DNA of 58,743 bases from Dehalococcoidales bacterium (GTDB taxonomy: Bacteria; Chloroflexota; Dehalococcoidia; Dehalococcoidales; RBG-16-60-22). The notes under the pieces were generated by a model. It had not been told where the DNA came from. It worked only from the letters and a program-made list of their open reading frames with translations, and searched no databases. A program made the position numbers and the translations under genes. The stretch spans positions 1-58,743 of the forward strand of contig JBEKDL010000001.1 of assembly GCA_050014355.1 (NCBI GenBank), in the 5' to 3' direction. Below, piece by piece: positions 16,270 to 24,517 of the stretch (its first letter is position 1; each line of letters opens with the position of its first letter).

Positions 16270-16947
16270 TCAATTGGCGTAAAAATGCTCGTGGGAATAA
16301 AGCGCCCTGGAATTTACCAGGCAGCCGGGTGGGGATTTTATTTTTACTTTTATCAGGGGTTTTATTTGAGGCGCCGCTGTAATTTGAGGGATTTTGTTCT
16401 CCAGCTCGTCCCTGGCCTGTAACACGAGAACTGTCCGTTTTTCGAGTTCCTTGACTGCTCTCTCTACACGGGAGACTTCCCCCACGGCCCTTTCTTTTTC
16501 GAGGGTCTGTGACAGCCGATGTAATATCCGGTTTTGTTCCGCGGTGCTGGTCCTAAGCGCCTGCGATGCTTCCGAGAGCCCCACGATAGCCCGGTTATGG
16601 CTGGCCATGTGGCCGGCGTATTCCTGCATCGCACTGGCAAAGCTATCCAGGGCTTTTTCCGTGCGTTCTATCCGTGCCGAGAGGTCCAGGTTGCCGCGCT
16701 GACTTTCCTCGATGATAGGAGCAGTAAACTCGCGGTAATTCCGCTTCAGCCTGCCTGTGACATACCTTGAGTAGAGGAGTACCGCCAGCAGGATAATTAC
16801 AATAGCTAAAAGAACGGCGCCTGCCGGGCTATATAAAAAGTCCTGGGCGCGCCCGAAAAAAGTTGCCCGGTAATCAAGGCCCCGGATGTTTTGAAATTTT
16901 ACCGGGAAGGGGCTGATTATAAATAGCGTTAACAATACCTGTTTCAT
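16270..16947 (-). CDS. Hypothetical membrane-anchored coiled-coil protein
   Basis: One clear TM helix (AVLLAIVIILLAVLLY) followed by a long helical, charged region. ATG 16947 follows GAGGTG. No family recognised. Confidence 0.5.
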   Translation of the reverse strand: MKQVLLTLFIISPFPVKFQNIRGLDYRATFFGRAQDFLYSPAGAVLLAIVIILLAVLLYSRYVTGRLKRNYREFTAPIIEESQRGNLDLSARIERTEKALDSFASAMQEYAGHMASHNRAIVGLSEASQALRTSTAEQNRILHRLSQTLEKERAVGEVSRVERAVKELEKRTVLVLQARDELENKIPQITAAPQIKPLIKVKIKSPPGCLVNSRALYSHEHFYAN

Positions 16948-17070
16948 AACACCTCTAATAAGCCCCGCGGTCCTTATTACACGCAAAAAACAGCACGGAG
17001 AGTTCAAGCTTAATTTCTTGAAACAGCTCCGGCGTTAATTAAACTGTTTTAAAATAGTTTTGATAGTAAA

Positions 17071-17092
17071 GGGGGGCGTACCGACGCCCCCC
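17071..17092 (-). terminator. GC-rich hairpin, probable terminator of the small Cys-rich gene
   Basis: GGGGGGCG-taccga-CGCCCCCC. On the minus strand it is followed by TTTACTATCAAAACTATTTT. Confidence 0.45.
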
Positions 17093-17107
17093 AAACGTGA
17101 GAACCCA

Positions 17108-17305
17108 CTATTTCGCCTTGACTCTGGCTTTTTTCTCCTTCATGGGTTCGCCACAACAAAGGATTTCGTGCGCTTCGATGCAGCCGCATTCTTCATCGAC
17201 TATCAGCGATAGCCCGCATACATCACACATGTAGCTATCACCTTTGGCGGCAACTTTCTTCCGTGGCGCGGCCTTCTTTACCGTGGTACTTTTCTTTTCA
17301 GCCAT
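17108..17305 (-). CDS. Desulforedoxin-like Cys4 metal-binding protein with a Lys-rich N-terminal tail
   Basis: YMCDVCG...LCCGEPMKEK matches the CxxC...CC(G)xPM desulforedoxin pattern. ATG 17305 lies directly after AAAGGAGG. Confidence 0.55.
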   Translation of the reverse strand: MAEKKSTTVKKAAPRKKVAAKGDSYMCDVCGLSLIVDEECGCIEAHEILCCGEPMKEKKARVKAK

Positions 17306-17440
17306 ATGACCTCCTTTTATTTCTTGGCCTGACAACCGCATCTTATCACCACGGTTATTGAAAAATTATAAATAAATCCGCGTAAAAGTTACAAATTTAT
17401 TGCGTTTTTTTAAGGTCTATTTCAACCGTATTGAAAGAAA

Positions 17441-17523
17441 GTTGGAATTTGGTTAGAACTATGTTAGAATTTGTTGGAATTTTGGTATTAGTATGGTTAG
17501 AATAAGTTAGAAAACGTTAAGAA
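17441..17523. repeat. Array of eight helically phased GTT(A/G)GAA heptamers in a divergent intergenic region
   Basis: Copies start at 17441, 17452, 17463, 17473, 17485 (degenerate), 17496, 17506 and 17516, giving a spacing of 10-12 bp. Confidence 0.7.
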
Positions 17524-17569
17524 TAGAGTACTTTTAATTCACAGATTTAATTTCCGGCGGCAGTGGAAT

Positions 17570-18337
17570 ATGAATAATAATAAAAAATTCAGTTTTAAAA
17601 TACGCAGAAAGATATTAGTCTTCTGTGCCGTGACAGCTTTAGCTCTTACCCTATGGCCCGTGCACCTTTCTAAAACCGACGCCGCGGTGCTGGCAAGCGT
17701 CTCTCCGCTGGCTGTAACAGTGCGGAATCTCTGGGGAGCGCCAAAAGGTGAGGCCGTTGATGCAACACTCTATCGCTCGGACAGCGCGCTGGGCTGGAAC
17801 TGGAGCCGGTTAAATCCACTGAAACAACGAGGCTTGACTTACGTCCAGCCGATATATCCCAGCGCCAGAATCGTTTTAAAAACGCCGGCAGCCGTGGGCG
17901 CCATTCAGTCTTTCAACCTCTTTGCCGAATATGACTACAAGCAGAAACCGACAGGCTCTTATAACCTGGCTTTCGATGTTTTCTTGCGGGAAAAGGGGAC
18001 AGCCACGGACAACCGGAAATCAGAAATAATGGTCTGGCTGGACTGGACTTTGCCGCAACCAGCCTCATCATATAAAGGTGTTGTTTCCGATGGCAGCAAC
18101 ACGTTTGACGACTATTCGTGGACGAAGAGCAACGGCTTTGATTATCACTCGTTTCTTGTAAAACCCAAATCGTCATCCACGGCCCGGGCGATTAACCTGA
18201 AAGCTTTAATCGAACGGATTAAACCGGATAAGGACTGGTACATCTCGGAGGTGGAGCTGGGTACAGAGGTATGGAACGGCGCGGGCGCTGTTGAGCTTAC
18301 AAGCTTTTACCTGGAATTGAACGGGGAAACACTTTAG
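17570..18337 (+). CDS. Secreted glycoside hydrolase family 12-like protein (endo-beta-glucanase fold)
   Basis: Signal peptide present. RNLWGA, NLAFDVF, SEIMVWL and VELGTEVWNG align with the GH12 blocks NNLWG / NVAYDLF / YELMIWL / FGTEPFTG, including both catalytic Glu positions. Confidence 0.65.
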   Translation: MNNNKKFSFKIRRKILVFCAVTALALTLWPVHLSKTDAAVLASVSPLAVTVRNLWGAPKGEAVDATLYRSDSALGWNWSRLNPLKQRGLTYVQPIYPSARIVLKTPAAVGAIQSFNLFAEYDYKQKPTGSYNLAFDVFLREKGTATDNRKSEIMVWLDWTLPQPASSYKGVVSDGSNTFDDYSWTKSNGFDYHSFLVKPKSSSTARAINLKALIERIKPDKDWYISEVELGTEVWNGAGAVELTSFYLELNGETL

Positions 18338-18356
18338 GAAACCTGGTATAAAAAGA

Positions 18357-18393
18357 ATTCCCCCCTTCCGGAAAATGCATCGGAGGGGGGAAT
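18357..18393. terminator. Bidirectional terminator between convergent genes
   Basis: ATTCCCCCCTTCCG...CGGAGGGGGGAAT, about a 13-bp stem with one bulge. It is flanked by an A-run on the left and a T-rich run on the right. Confidence 0.6.
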
Positions 18394-18421
18394 ATTGTTT
18401 AAGATGGCCTGATAGTATATC

Positions 18422-18877
18422 CTATGTCGTTGCCCAGGCAGTCCTGGCAAGGACCTTGTTCTTTTGTTCGCCAGACTTGTTCACGAGCCAGGAGCTGGAC
18501 TGTATTTTGCCCCCGCCCACGCCGTAGACAATCTTGCAGCCGATTCTCTGACAGATTTCTTTTTCGGTTGGCGGCATATTGCCCTCGGTGCGGTCGCCGC
18601 CCTTGGCGAAAATGTCCGGACTGTAACGTTCGAGAGATTGAGTGCTGGACAGGTCCGGGTCGATGTTTGGCAATACCATATCCACGCCGCTTATTCTCAT
18701 CAGGATTTCTTTTCTCTCATGGTAAGGCATGAAGACATAGCCCTTTTTCATTATCAACTGGTCGTCCCGCGTCAATATGATCATCACGCTATCGCCGAGT
18801 TCCCTGGCCTCCTGGATGCTGCGCAGGTGGCCGACGTGTATGGGGTCGAAACCGCCGCTTACCGCTACGATAATCAT
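18422..18877 (-). CDS. Cytidylyltransferase-family nucleotidyltransferase (TagD/RfaE-domain-II/RibL-like)
   Basis: VSGGFDPIHVGH (HxGH motif), about 150 aa. Overlaps the upstream GT2 gene by 4 nt. Confidence 0.75.
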   Translation of the reverse strand: MIIVAVSGGFDPIHVGHLRSIQEARELGDSVMIILTRDDQLIMKKGYVFMPYHERKEILMRISGVDMVLPNIDPDLSSTQSLERYSPDIFAKGGDRTEGNMPPTEKEICQRIGCKIVYGVGGGKIQSSSWLVNKSGEQKNKVLARTAWATT

Positions 18878-20121
18878 GAGCCGACTCCAGTTAATTGTTT
18901 GTTTTCCTTCTCCACCGACGCGTCACCACCCCCGCTTTTATCAGTCACTTCAAAGACCTTTGGGGGGTTGATAAACGATAAGATTGTTGGCACTGTACAG
19001 ATAAACTCGATGACAGGGGATAATACGAACAGGCCAGCATGATACCCTATTTTTTTGATCCAGCTGCTCGGCGTATATTTCAGCTGCCAGTAAAGGCCAA
19101 GCTGATAACGGGCAAGCCATAGTACTCCGGCCAATGATACTCCTCCCAGGGAAAGGAAACCCACCGTTGTTGGTATGAGTTCTTTAGGGAATATGTGGTT
19201 GAGTGCGCCTATCGGGATAAACATAGTTAAGATGAATCCTAGGAACCAGGCGGTATAACTGTATAAGCGGTACCATAGGTCGTTAAAGCGGATATGTTTC
19301 AGCATTAAGATGCCACCCCAGTACCAGCGTTTCCTTTGCTTGATAGCAGCACCGGCGGTCTTAGGTGGTTTCTCCAGAGTTAAGCCGCCATGCCAGCCGA
19401 ACACCTTGCCACACCGCTTGGAGACTTCATAGGCGAACCGGGTGTCCTCGCTATATTTGACATTTTCGAAATCCCAGCCGATTTTATGTTCTACGTCAGT
19501 GCGTATCAACATATTTGAGCCGTTCATCCAGTAAACACCAGAGGTCTCCAGCTGGCGCTTTACCCAGAAATAGGTCCAGCATCGCTGTGCCTCAACGAAG
19601 AATGTCAGCAGGTTACCATCGTAAGGGAAGACCGTCGGGCCATCAGCCACCGGGTTACCGTTCTTTTTGATGTACTTGAGGATGCTGGGCACTGTTTGCG
19701 CCGTAATTTGAGCGTCTTCATCAAGGTGAAGTGTCCAGACATCGGGTGAGTTCGGCGTAAACTCCAGCGCATAGTTAAGCGCTCTTGCCTTGAACTTGGA
19801 ATGACAAACATAATCTTCAGGTACGATGAGGTGTTCGGCCCCTTCAAGTTCCCCGTCTTTATCCGCGAGGACTTTTATCTCATAATTCGTGAACCCACAT
19901 TTATAGCATGAAGCGATGATAGACTGCACTGATCCGTTCAGCAGGCCGGTAATCTTCCTGGCAGTGATGAGAAATATTATTCTGGGGTGAGGATTGTCCG
20001 GCATCAGGTAATGTTTGGGGATATACGTCTTCCATCCTCTGATGAGATAGTACCAGGAGAGCACCACTGCCGGTGCGATGATTATCCAAATAATTTCATA
20101 AGCTGTCAAATGTAGATGCAT
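18874..20121 (-). CDS. Membrane-integrated family-2 glycosyltransferase (processive-type QxxRW motif)
   Basis: N-terminal TM helix, LDEDAQ (DxD), IKQRKRWYWG (Q-x-x-R-W) and several C-terminal TM helices. Confidence 0.8.
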   Translation of the reverse strand: MHLHLTAYEIIWIIIAPAVVLSWYYLIRGWKTYIPKHYLMPDNPHPRIIFLITARKITGLLNGSVQSIIASCYKCGFTNYEIKVLADKDGELEGAEHLIVPEDYVCHSKFKARALNYALEFTPNSPDVWTLHLDEDAQITAQTVPSILKYIKKNGNPVADGPTVFPYDGNLLTFFVEAQRCWTYFWVKRQLETSGVYWMNGSNMLIRTDVEHKIGWDFENVKYSEDTRFAYEVSKRCGKVFGWHGGLTLEKPPKTAGAAIKQRKRWYWGGILMLKHIRFNDLWYRLYSYTAWFLGFILTMFIPIGALNHIFPKELIPTTVGFLSLGGVSLAGVLWLARYQLGLYWQLKYTPSSWIKKIGYHAGLFVLSPVIEFICTVPTILSFINPPKVFEVTDKSGGGDASVEKENKQLTGVGS

Positions 20122-20149
20122 TTTTTCCTCCTTATTTTTCTAGTTTATC

Positions 20150-20941
20150 TTAAGCTTTCAGAGACTTTTGAGATTGTTCCGGCCGGTGAGCGTTTATCAC
20201 TTCAAGCTCGGTGTTGACTTCTTTTATGGTCTCGAATAGCTTGACAATTAATCCCTTGGAGCGGCACAGGTCCAGGAGCTGGTTGAGGTCCTTGGGCAGG
20301 CATTTGCCGCCGAAAGGCTTACCGAAAAAGGCGGTCCCGTATTCGCTGACCCGCTTATCGTTTTTAACGATGTCGGCAATCTCCTTTGTGTCCAGATTCA
20401 GGACTTTACATATTTTATCTACCTCATTCCAGAATGTAATCAGAGTAACTAAATAGTTATTCAGCACGAGCTTGGCCATTTCGCTGGTGTTCGCTTTGGT
20501 GCGGATAATTTCCGCGCCCAGCGGTTTATAGAGCTCGGCCATAGCGTCGCCGTGCTCTTTACAGCACTCCCCGATAACCACGAACTTCTGGTTCAAAGCG
20601 TCCTCGACGGCCGTTTTCTCGCGGAGAAATTCCGGATTGTGACAGATGTGGACACCGTGTTTCTGCATGGCCGCCTGGGTTGTGCCCGGTGGTACGGTGC
20701 TCTTGATAACGTAGGGATTGTGTACCTTGCTGGTTACCAGATTCTCGATGACATCCGGAACGACCTTTTCAGGGGGGCAGATAAAAGTTAAATCGGCGTT
20801 CTTCACGGGTTTATCCGTTATAGGTATGTCCGTGAAATTCCCCGGTTTGACATCGCAGCCGGTGACCTTGTGCCCCAGCTTCTGCATCACCTTAGCCTGG
20901 GCTTTACCTACCACTCCCATACCTATAATCTGTATGTGCAT
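20150..20941 (-). CDS. UDP-glucose/GDP-mannose dehydrogenase-family protein, short form lacking the C-terminal domain
   Basis: IIGMGVVG Rossmann motif, NPEFLREKTA, and FGGKCLPKD with the catalytic Cys. Only 263 aa. ATG 20941 follows GAGGT. Confidence 0.7.
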   Translation of the reverse strand: MHIQIIGMGVVGKAQAKVMQKLGHKVTGCDVKPGNFTDIPITDKPVKNADLTFICPPEKVVPDVIENLVTSKVHNPYVIKSTVPPGTTQAAMQKHGVHICHNPEFLREKTAVEDALNQKFVVIGECCKEHGDAMAELYKPLGAEIIRTKANTSEMAKLVLNNYLVTLITFWNEVDKICKVLNLDTKEIADIVKNDKRVSEYGTAFFGKPFGGKCLPKDLNQLLDLCRSKGLIVKLFETIKEVNTELEVINAHRPEQSQKSLKA

Positions 20942-21418
20942 TTTTACCTCTCCTTGCTCTAGATTTGGAAGTTTCAAATTTCTTTCATTTATCTTTCGTG
21001 GATTTTTCATACCTTTTGATAATAATTTGCCCGGTAAAGAGCGTCAAGGGGGTAAACCTAACTTATCCTCCCAACTTAGTACTTTATTCCTATTACTTTT
21101 ACGGCCCGGGGATAGTACTAAAACAGTACTAAATGGTTAGCGATATGGCCGGGTCAGGTCAGGTTCCATGTAAATATTTAAGCGTCAGGCCGGTTATTTT
21201 TTGGTATAAAAACGGTTTGAGAAAGGTATGAAATGAAAGTTCTATGAAAAAACTATGCAAGAAGACAAAATATATTTGTTTCTATGGAACATGGTCTCCG
21301 GGCGCGATGAGGGCAGGCAGCTATGTCAGGTGATGACCAGCCAAGGAATTTAAAGGTACTGTTTGTATTTGGTTGCTAGTTGACATCTTTATTGAATAAT
21401 ATTATTAGGAGCGTTAAT

Positions 21419-21586
21419 ATGACAACAGGCACAAAAAAGGACAAATTTTACTTACAAGATTTAGCTGACCTATTTTTGAAAGAAGACCTTGAATTTATTA
21501 CTAAAGTTAAAACCCCTTCTGCTCTAATTGCGCCTGAATTCGTTGATTGTTCTGGGAAATCGTTGCCAATAAAGCCTGAGCACTAG
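21419..21586 (+). CDS. Possible small ORF (55 aa), or merely an antisense transcript
   Basis: AGGAG lies 7 nt before ATG 21419 and TTGACA is at 21380. However, a plausible -10 overlaps the RBS, and the ORF overlaps the convergent gene by 80 nt. Confidence 0.25.
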   Translation: MTTGTKKDKFYLQDLADLFLKEDLEFITKVKTPSALIAPEFVDCSGKSLPIKPEH

Positions 21587-21758
21587 CTAAAAGCCTTCTT
21601 TCTGCATTCGCTTGAACAAAAGCCTCTCTTTCGGAATAACCTCCTTTCATCAATGTCTTTACTTCATTGCTTTGGGATTTCTGTAACCCATCATGGATAG
21701 ATTTAAACTGCTCTTCGAAATAATCAATTAGCCCTTTTTTGGTTAACCCGATTGCCAT
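21507..21758 (-). CDS. Hypothetical helical protein (83 aa)
   Basis: Strong AAGGAG RBS 11 nt upstream of the ATG, with an extended -10 promoter upstream. No family recognised. Confidence 0.5.
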   Translation of the reverse strand: MAIGLTKKGLIDYFEEQFKSIHDGLQKSQSNEVKTLMKGGYSEREAFVQANAERRLLASAQALLATISQNNQRIQAQLEQKGF

Positions 21759-21787
21759 TAGTCACACTCCTTTCCAATTCTGGCAAG

Positions 21788-21816
21788 ATTATAGCACTCT
21801 AGTTGACATATTGAAA
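21788..21816 (-). promoter_or_regulatory. Extended -10 promoter for the 83-aa gene
   Basis: The minus strand reads TTTCAA, a 17-nt spacer, then TGcTATAAT. Confidence 0.5.
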
Positions 21817-21948
21817 TTGTAAAGTCGAAATCTCAAAAACAACCAAAACCAAAGAGAACCAATTTAAAGCTTGCTTGCCTGCCGATAGTCAATATGTCAT
21901 AATGAGTTTAAGTTTTTAGGTAAATCAAACCCACTAGACAATGAGAAA

Positions 21949-24489
21949 ATGAGCTTGAGCAAATCAAAAGTAACCATACTCATCGGGGCCTTAATAGTCC
22001 TCTTCATGGCGCTGTCCCTCGTATTTCGCGTGGCTCTCCCTTATGACTCCGTGTTCACGGGCGGATGGGTCAAGTTCACCAGCAACGACGCTTACTTTCA
22101 TATGCGGCTGGTAGATAACTTGGTACATAATTTTCCTCATCTCACTCACTTTGACCCTTACTTTATCTATCCCGGAGGGGGGACTACCAGCGGGGTGCAT
22201 TTCTTTGACTATCTGCTGGCCATCATTATCTGGATTATCGGGCTGGGTTCACCCACACAGCACACCATAGATGTAGTGGGGGCTTATTTCCCGGCGGTTC
22301 TGGCAGCGCTGACGGTTATCCCCGTTTTCTTCATCGGTAAAGCGCTGTTCAATCGCTGGGTGGGGGTGATGGCAGCTTTTCTGACGGCACTACTGCCCGG
22401 CGAATTTTTAGGGCGCTCGATTCTCGCCTTTACCGACAACCATGTCGCCGAGACTTTTTTCAGCACGCTAGCCGTTCTCTTTTTTATTCTGGCGGTGAAG
22501 CCCGCGGGAGACGGACCGCCGATAACCCTGGAAAACTTGCTTCAACGCGACTGGAAAACCGTTAAAAAAACCCTGTTGTATAGCGCACTGGCCGGTCTTT
22601 TCCTAGGGATTTACCTTAGCACCTGGATGGGAGCGCTGCTCTTCGTTTTCATTATCAGCGTCTTCTTTGTCCTTCAGTTTATCATTAACCATTTCAGGCA
22701 TAAACCCAACGACCATCTGGGCATTATCGGTTTTGTCACTTTCCTGATAGCCGATATCATCTTCCTGCCGCAGTCCCCGGACCGGAATTTCACCCTGGTG
22801 ATGGTTGCCGCACTGTTTATCCCTCCTGTCCTTGCCGTCATATCGCGATTGATGTCAAACTGGAAAGTGAATACTATCTATTACCCGTTGTCCCTCATCG
22901 CGGTCGGCGGTGTGTTACTCGGCGTAATGCGCGGTATCGACTCTTCCGCAATAACCACGATGTGGCATAATTTCCTTTACATCTTTGCGCCGGGAGGGGG
23001 GTCTTCCGCCGCCACCACGATGGAGATGCAGCCTTTCCTTTCACCGCAGGGTAGCTTTACTACCATCGTTGCCTGGGGCAATTTTACGACTAGCTTCTTC
23101 ATGATCTCACCAAATTTACCAATTGCTAAGCTTTGGTGGTTTCCCGGTTTTGCTATACCTCCGATTGCGATTGCGATATGGCTTTGGACTAAACAACGTA
23201 TCAATAAATACCATACACTAATCCTGTTTTCATTTGGAATAATGTTGATAGCCGCTGTAGTTTTTTGGTTCATCACTCCGGCGGGTTGGAAGTTTAAATT
23301 CCCAGGCTTTGGAATTATTTCATTACTTATACTAATCGTGTTGTCCATCAAACAGCGCGGCCAAAAGGAAATACAGGTCTTCTTCGTCATCTGGACATTA
23401 ATCATACTCATCGCCACGCTGGTGCAGCGCCGCTTCGCTTATTACCTCGTGGTGAATATGGCGGTGCTCTCCGCCTATATTTCCTGGGAGATAATCTGGT
23501 ATGCTGGGCTGCGGAGACTAACCGAAAAGGCGGATAAAGACGCCGCAGCTGAAAAAGCGGAGACCAAAGCTAAAGCCAAGAAGAAACGCCGGCAAAGCCA
23601 GGGCGTATCCGTCCATTACGTCTATACCGTAGTGGCCATAATCGTGGTGTTTTTCTGCGTTGACTTTTTTAATATTTCCCAAGCGAATAATGTAGCCTCA
23701 ACTGCACCTTATGCTCCCACGGACGGCTGGGAGCAGGCCCTGACCTGGATGAAGACCAATACCCCGGAACCCCTGGGCGACCCGGGTGCCTATTATAAGC
23801 TGTTTAATACCGAATATAAATATCCGGCTTCAGCCTACGGCGTGACGGCCTGGTGGGACTATGGCTACTGGATTTCGCGGATAGCCGAGCGCCTCCCCTC
23901 GACAAATCCCTCTCAAGCTTCCGACCCTATCAAAAAGGTCGCCACTCTCTTTTTGTCCCAGAATACGACTTCGGCCGATAAAATAATGGCCGACCTCGGC
24001 TCGTCCTATATTATCGCGGACAATTCCCTGATTGCTGCCAAGATATGGGCCGTAGTCGATTGGGCCAGTCAGAGCCAAGATAAATATTTCGGAACCTACT
24101 TTGTACCTAAAAACGGCTCTTACCAGTCAGTCCAGCTTTACAACCCTGATTTCTATCGCACGCTCATCGTCAGGCTATATAGCTTCGACGGCAAAGCGGT
24201 GCCCGATGGAAAACCCGTGGTCGTTACTTATACCACGCAAACGAGAAACGGGACTGTTTATAAGCTGGTGACCGCCGCCGACCAGTACCCCACCTATCAA
24301 GCGGCGCTTAACTATATAGCCAGTCAGAAGTCGGGAAATTACGATATCGTCGGCACCAACCCGTTCATCAGTCCCGTGCCGCTGGACGCTATTCAGGACT
24401 TTAACATAGTTTACAGTTCTCCGTATACCGACTCGTTTTCCGGGAACGTCACCCTGCCGGATATCAAGGTGTTCGAACACGTTAAATAA
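21949..24489 (+). CDS. Oligosaccharyltransferase of the STT3/AglB/PglB family
   Basis: The N-terminal region is polytopic, with NDAYFHMR and AFTDNHVAE acidic loop motifs. The diagnostic WWDYGYWI lies at nt 23851-23874, followed by IIADNSLIAAKIW and a soluble C-terminal domain of about 200 aa. Confidence 0.85.
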   Translation: MSLSKSKVTILIGALIVLFMALSLVFRVALPYDSVFTGGWVKFTSNDAYFHMRLVDNLVHNFPHLTHFDPYFIYPGGGTTSGVHFFDYLLAIIIWIIGLGSPTQHTIDVVGAYFPAVLAALTVIPVFFIGKALFNRWVGVMAAFLTALLPGEFLGRSILAFTDNHVAETFFSTLAVLFFILAVKPAGDGPPITLENLLQRDWKTVKKTLLYSALAGLFLGIYLSTWMGALLFVFIISVFFVLQFIINHFRHKPNDHLGIIGFVTFLIADIIFLPQSPDRNFTLVMVAALFIPPVLAVISRLMSNWKVNTIYYPLSLIAVGGVLLGVMRGIDSSAITTMWHNFLYIFAPGGGSSAATTMEMQPFLSPQGSFTTIVAWGNFTTSFFMISPNLPIAKLWWFPGFAIPPIAIAIWLWTKQRINKYHTLILFSFGIMLIAAVVFWFITPAGWKFKFPGFGIISLLILIVLSIKQRGQKEIQVFFVIWTLIILIATLVQRRFAYYLVVNMAVLSAYISWEIIWYAGLRRLTEKADKDAAAEKAETKAKAKKKRRQSQGVSVHYVYTVVAIIVVFFCVDFFNISQANNVASTAPYAPTDGWEQALTWMKTNTPEPLGDPGAYYKLFNTEYKYPASAYGVTAWWDYGYWISRIAERLPSTNPSQASDPIKKVATLFLSQNTTSADKIMADLGSSYIIADNSLIAAKIWAVVDWASQSQDKYFGTYFVPKNGSYQSVQLYNPDFYRTLIVRLYSFDGKAVPDGKPVVVTYTTQTRNGTVYKLVTAADQYPTYQAALNYIASQKSGNYDIVGTNPFISPVPLDAIQDFNIVYSSPYTDSFSGNVTLPDIKVFEHVK

Positions 24490-24517
24490 TTGAACCACTT
24501 GAAAAACGGTTGTCAGG

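Noticed and set aside
16145-16273. 43-codon N-terminal extension of the epimerase ORF; the same problem affects the extensions at 16948-17007, 17306-17341, 20942-21010, 38322-38369 and 50817-50861
   Set aside because: In each case an internal ATG is preceded by a strong SD and coincides with the start of the conserved domain (for example MKVLVLGGSG). The extensions lack an RBS and overlap upstream elements.
17441-17523. Possible CRISPR array; the same question was asked of 32731-32770
   Set aside because: The units are only 7-10 bp and directly abutting or phased with no unique spacers of 25-40 bp. No cas genes are in the window. They were interpreted as protein-binding or operator repeats instead.
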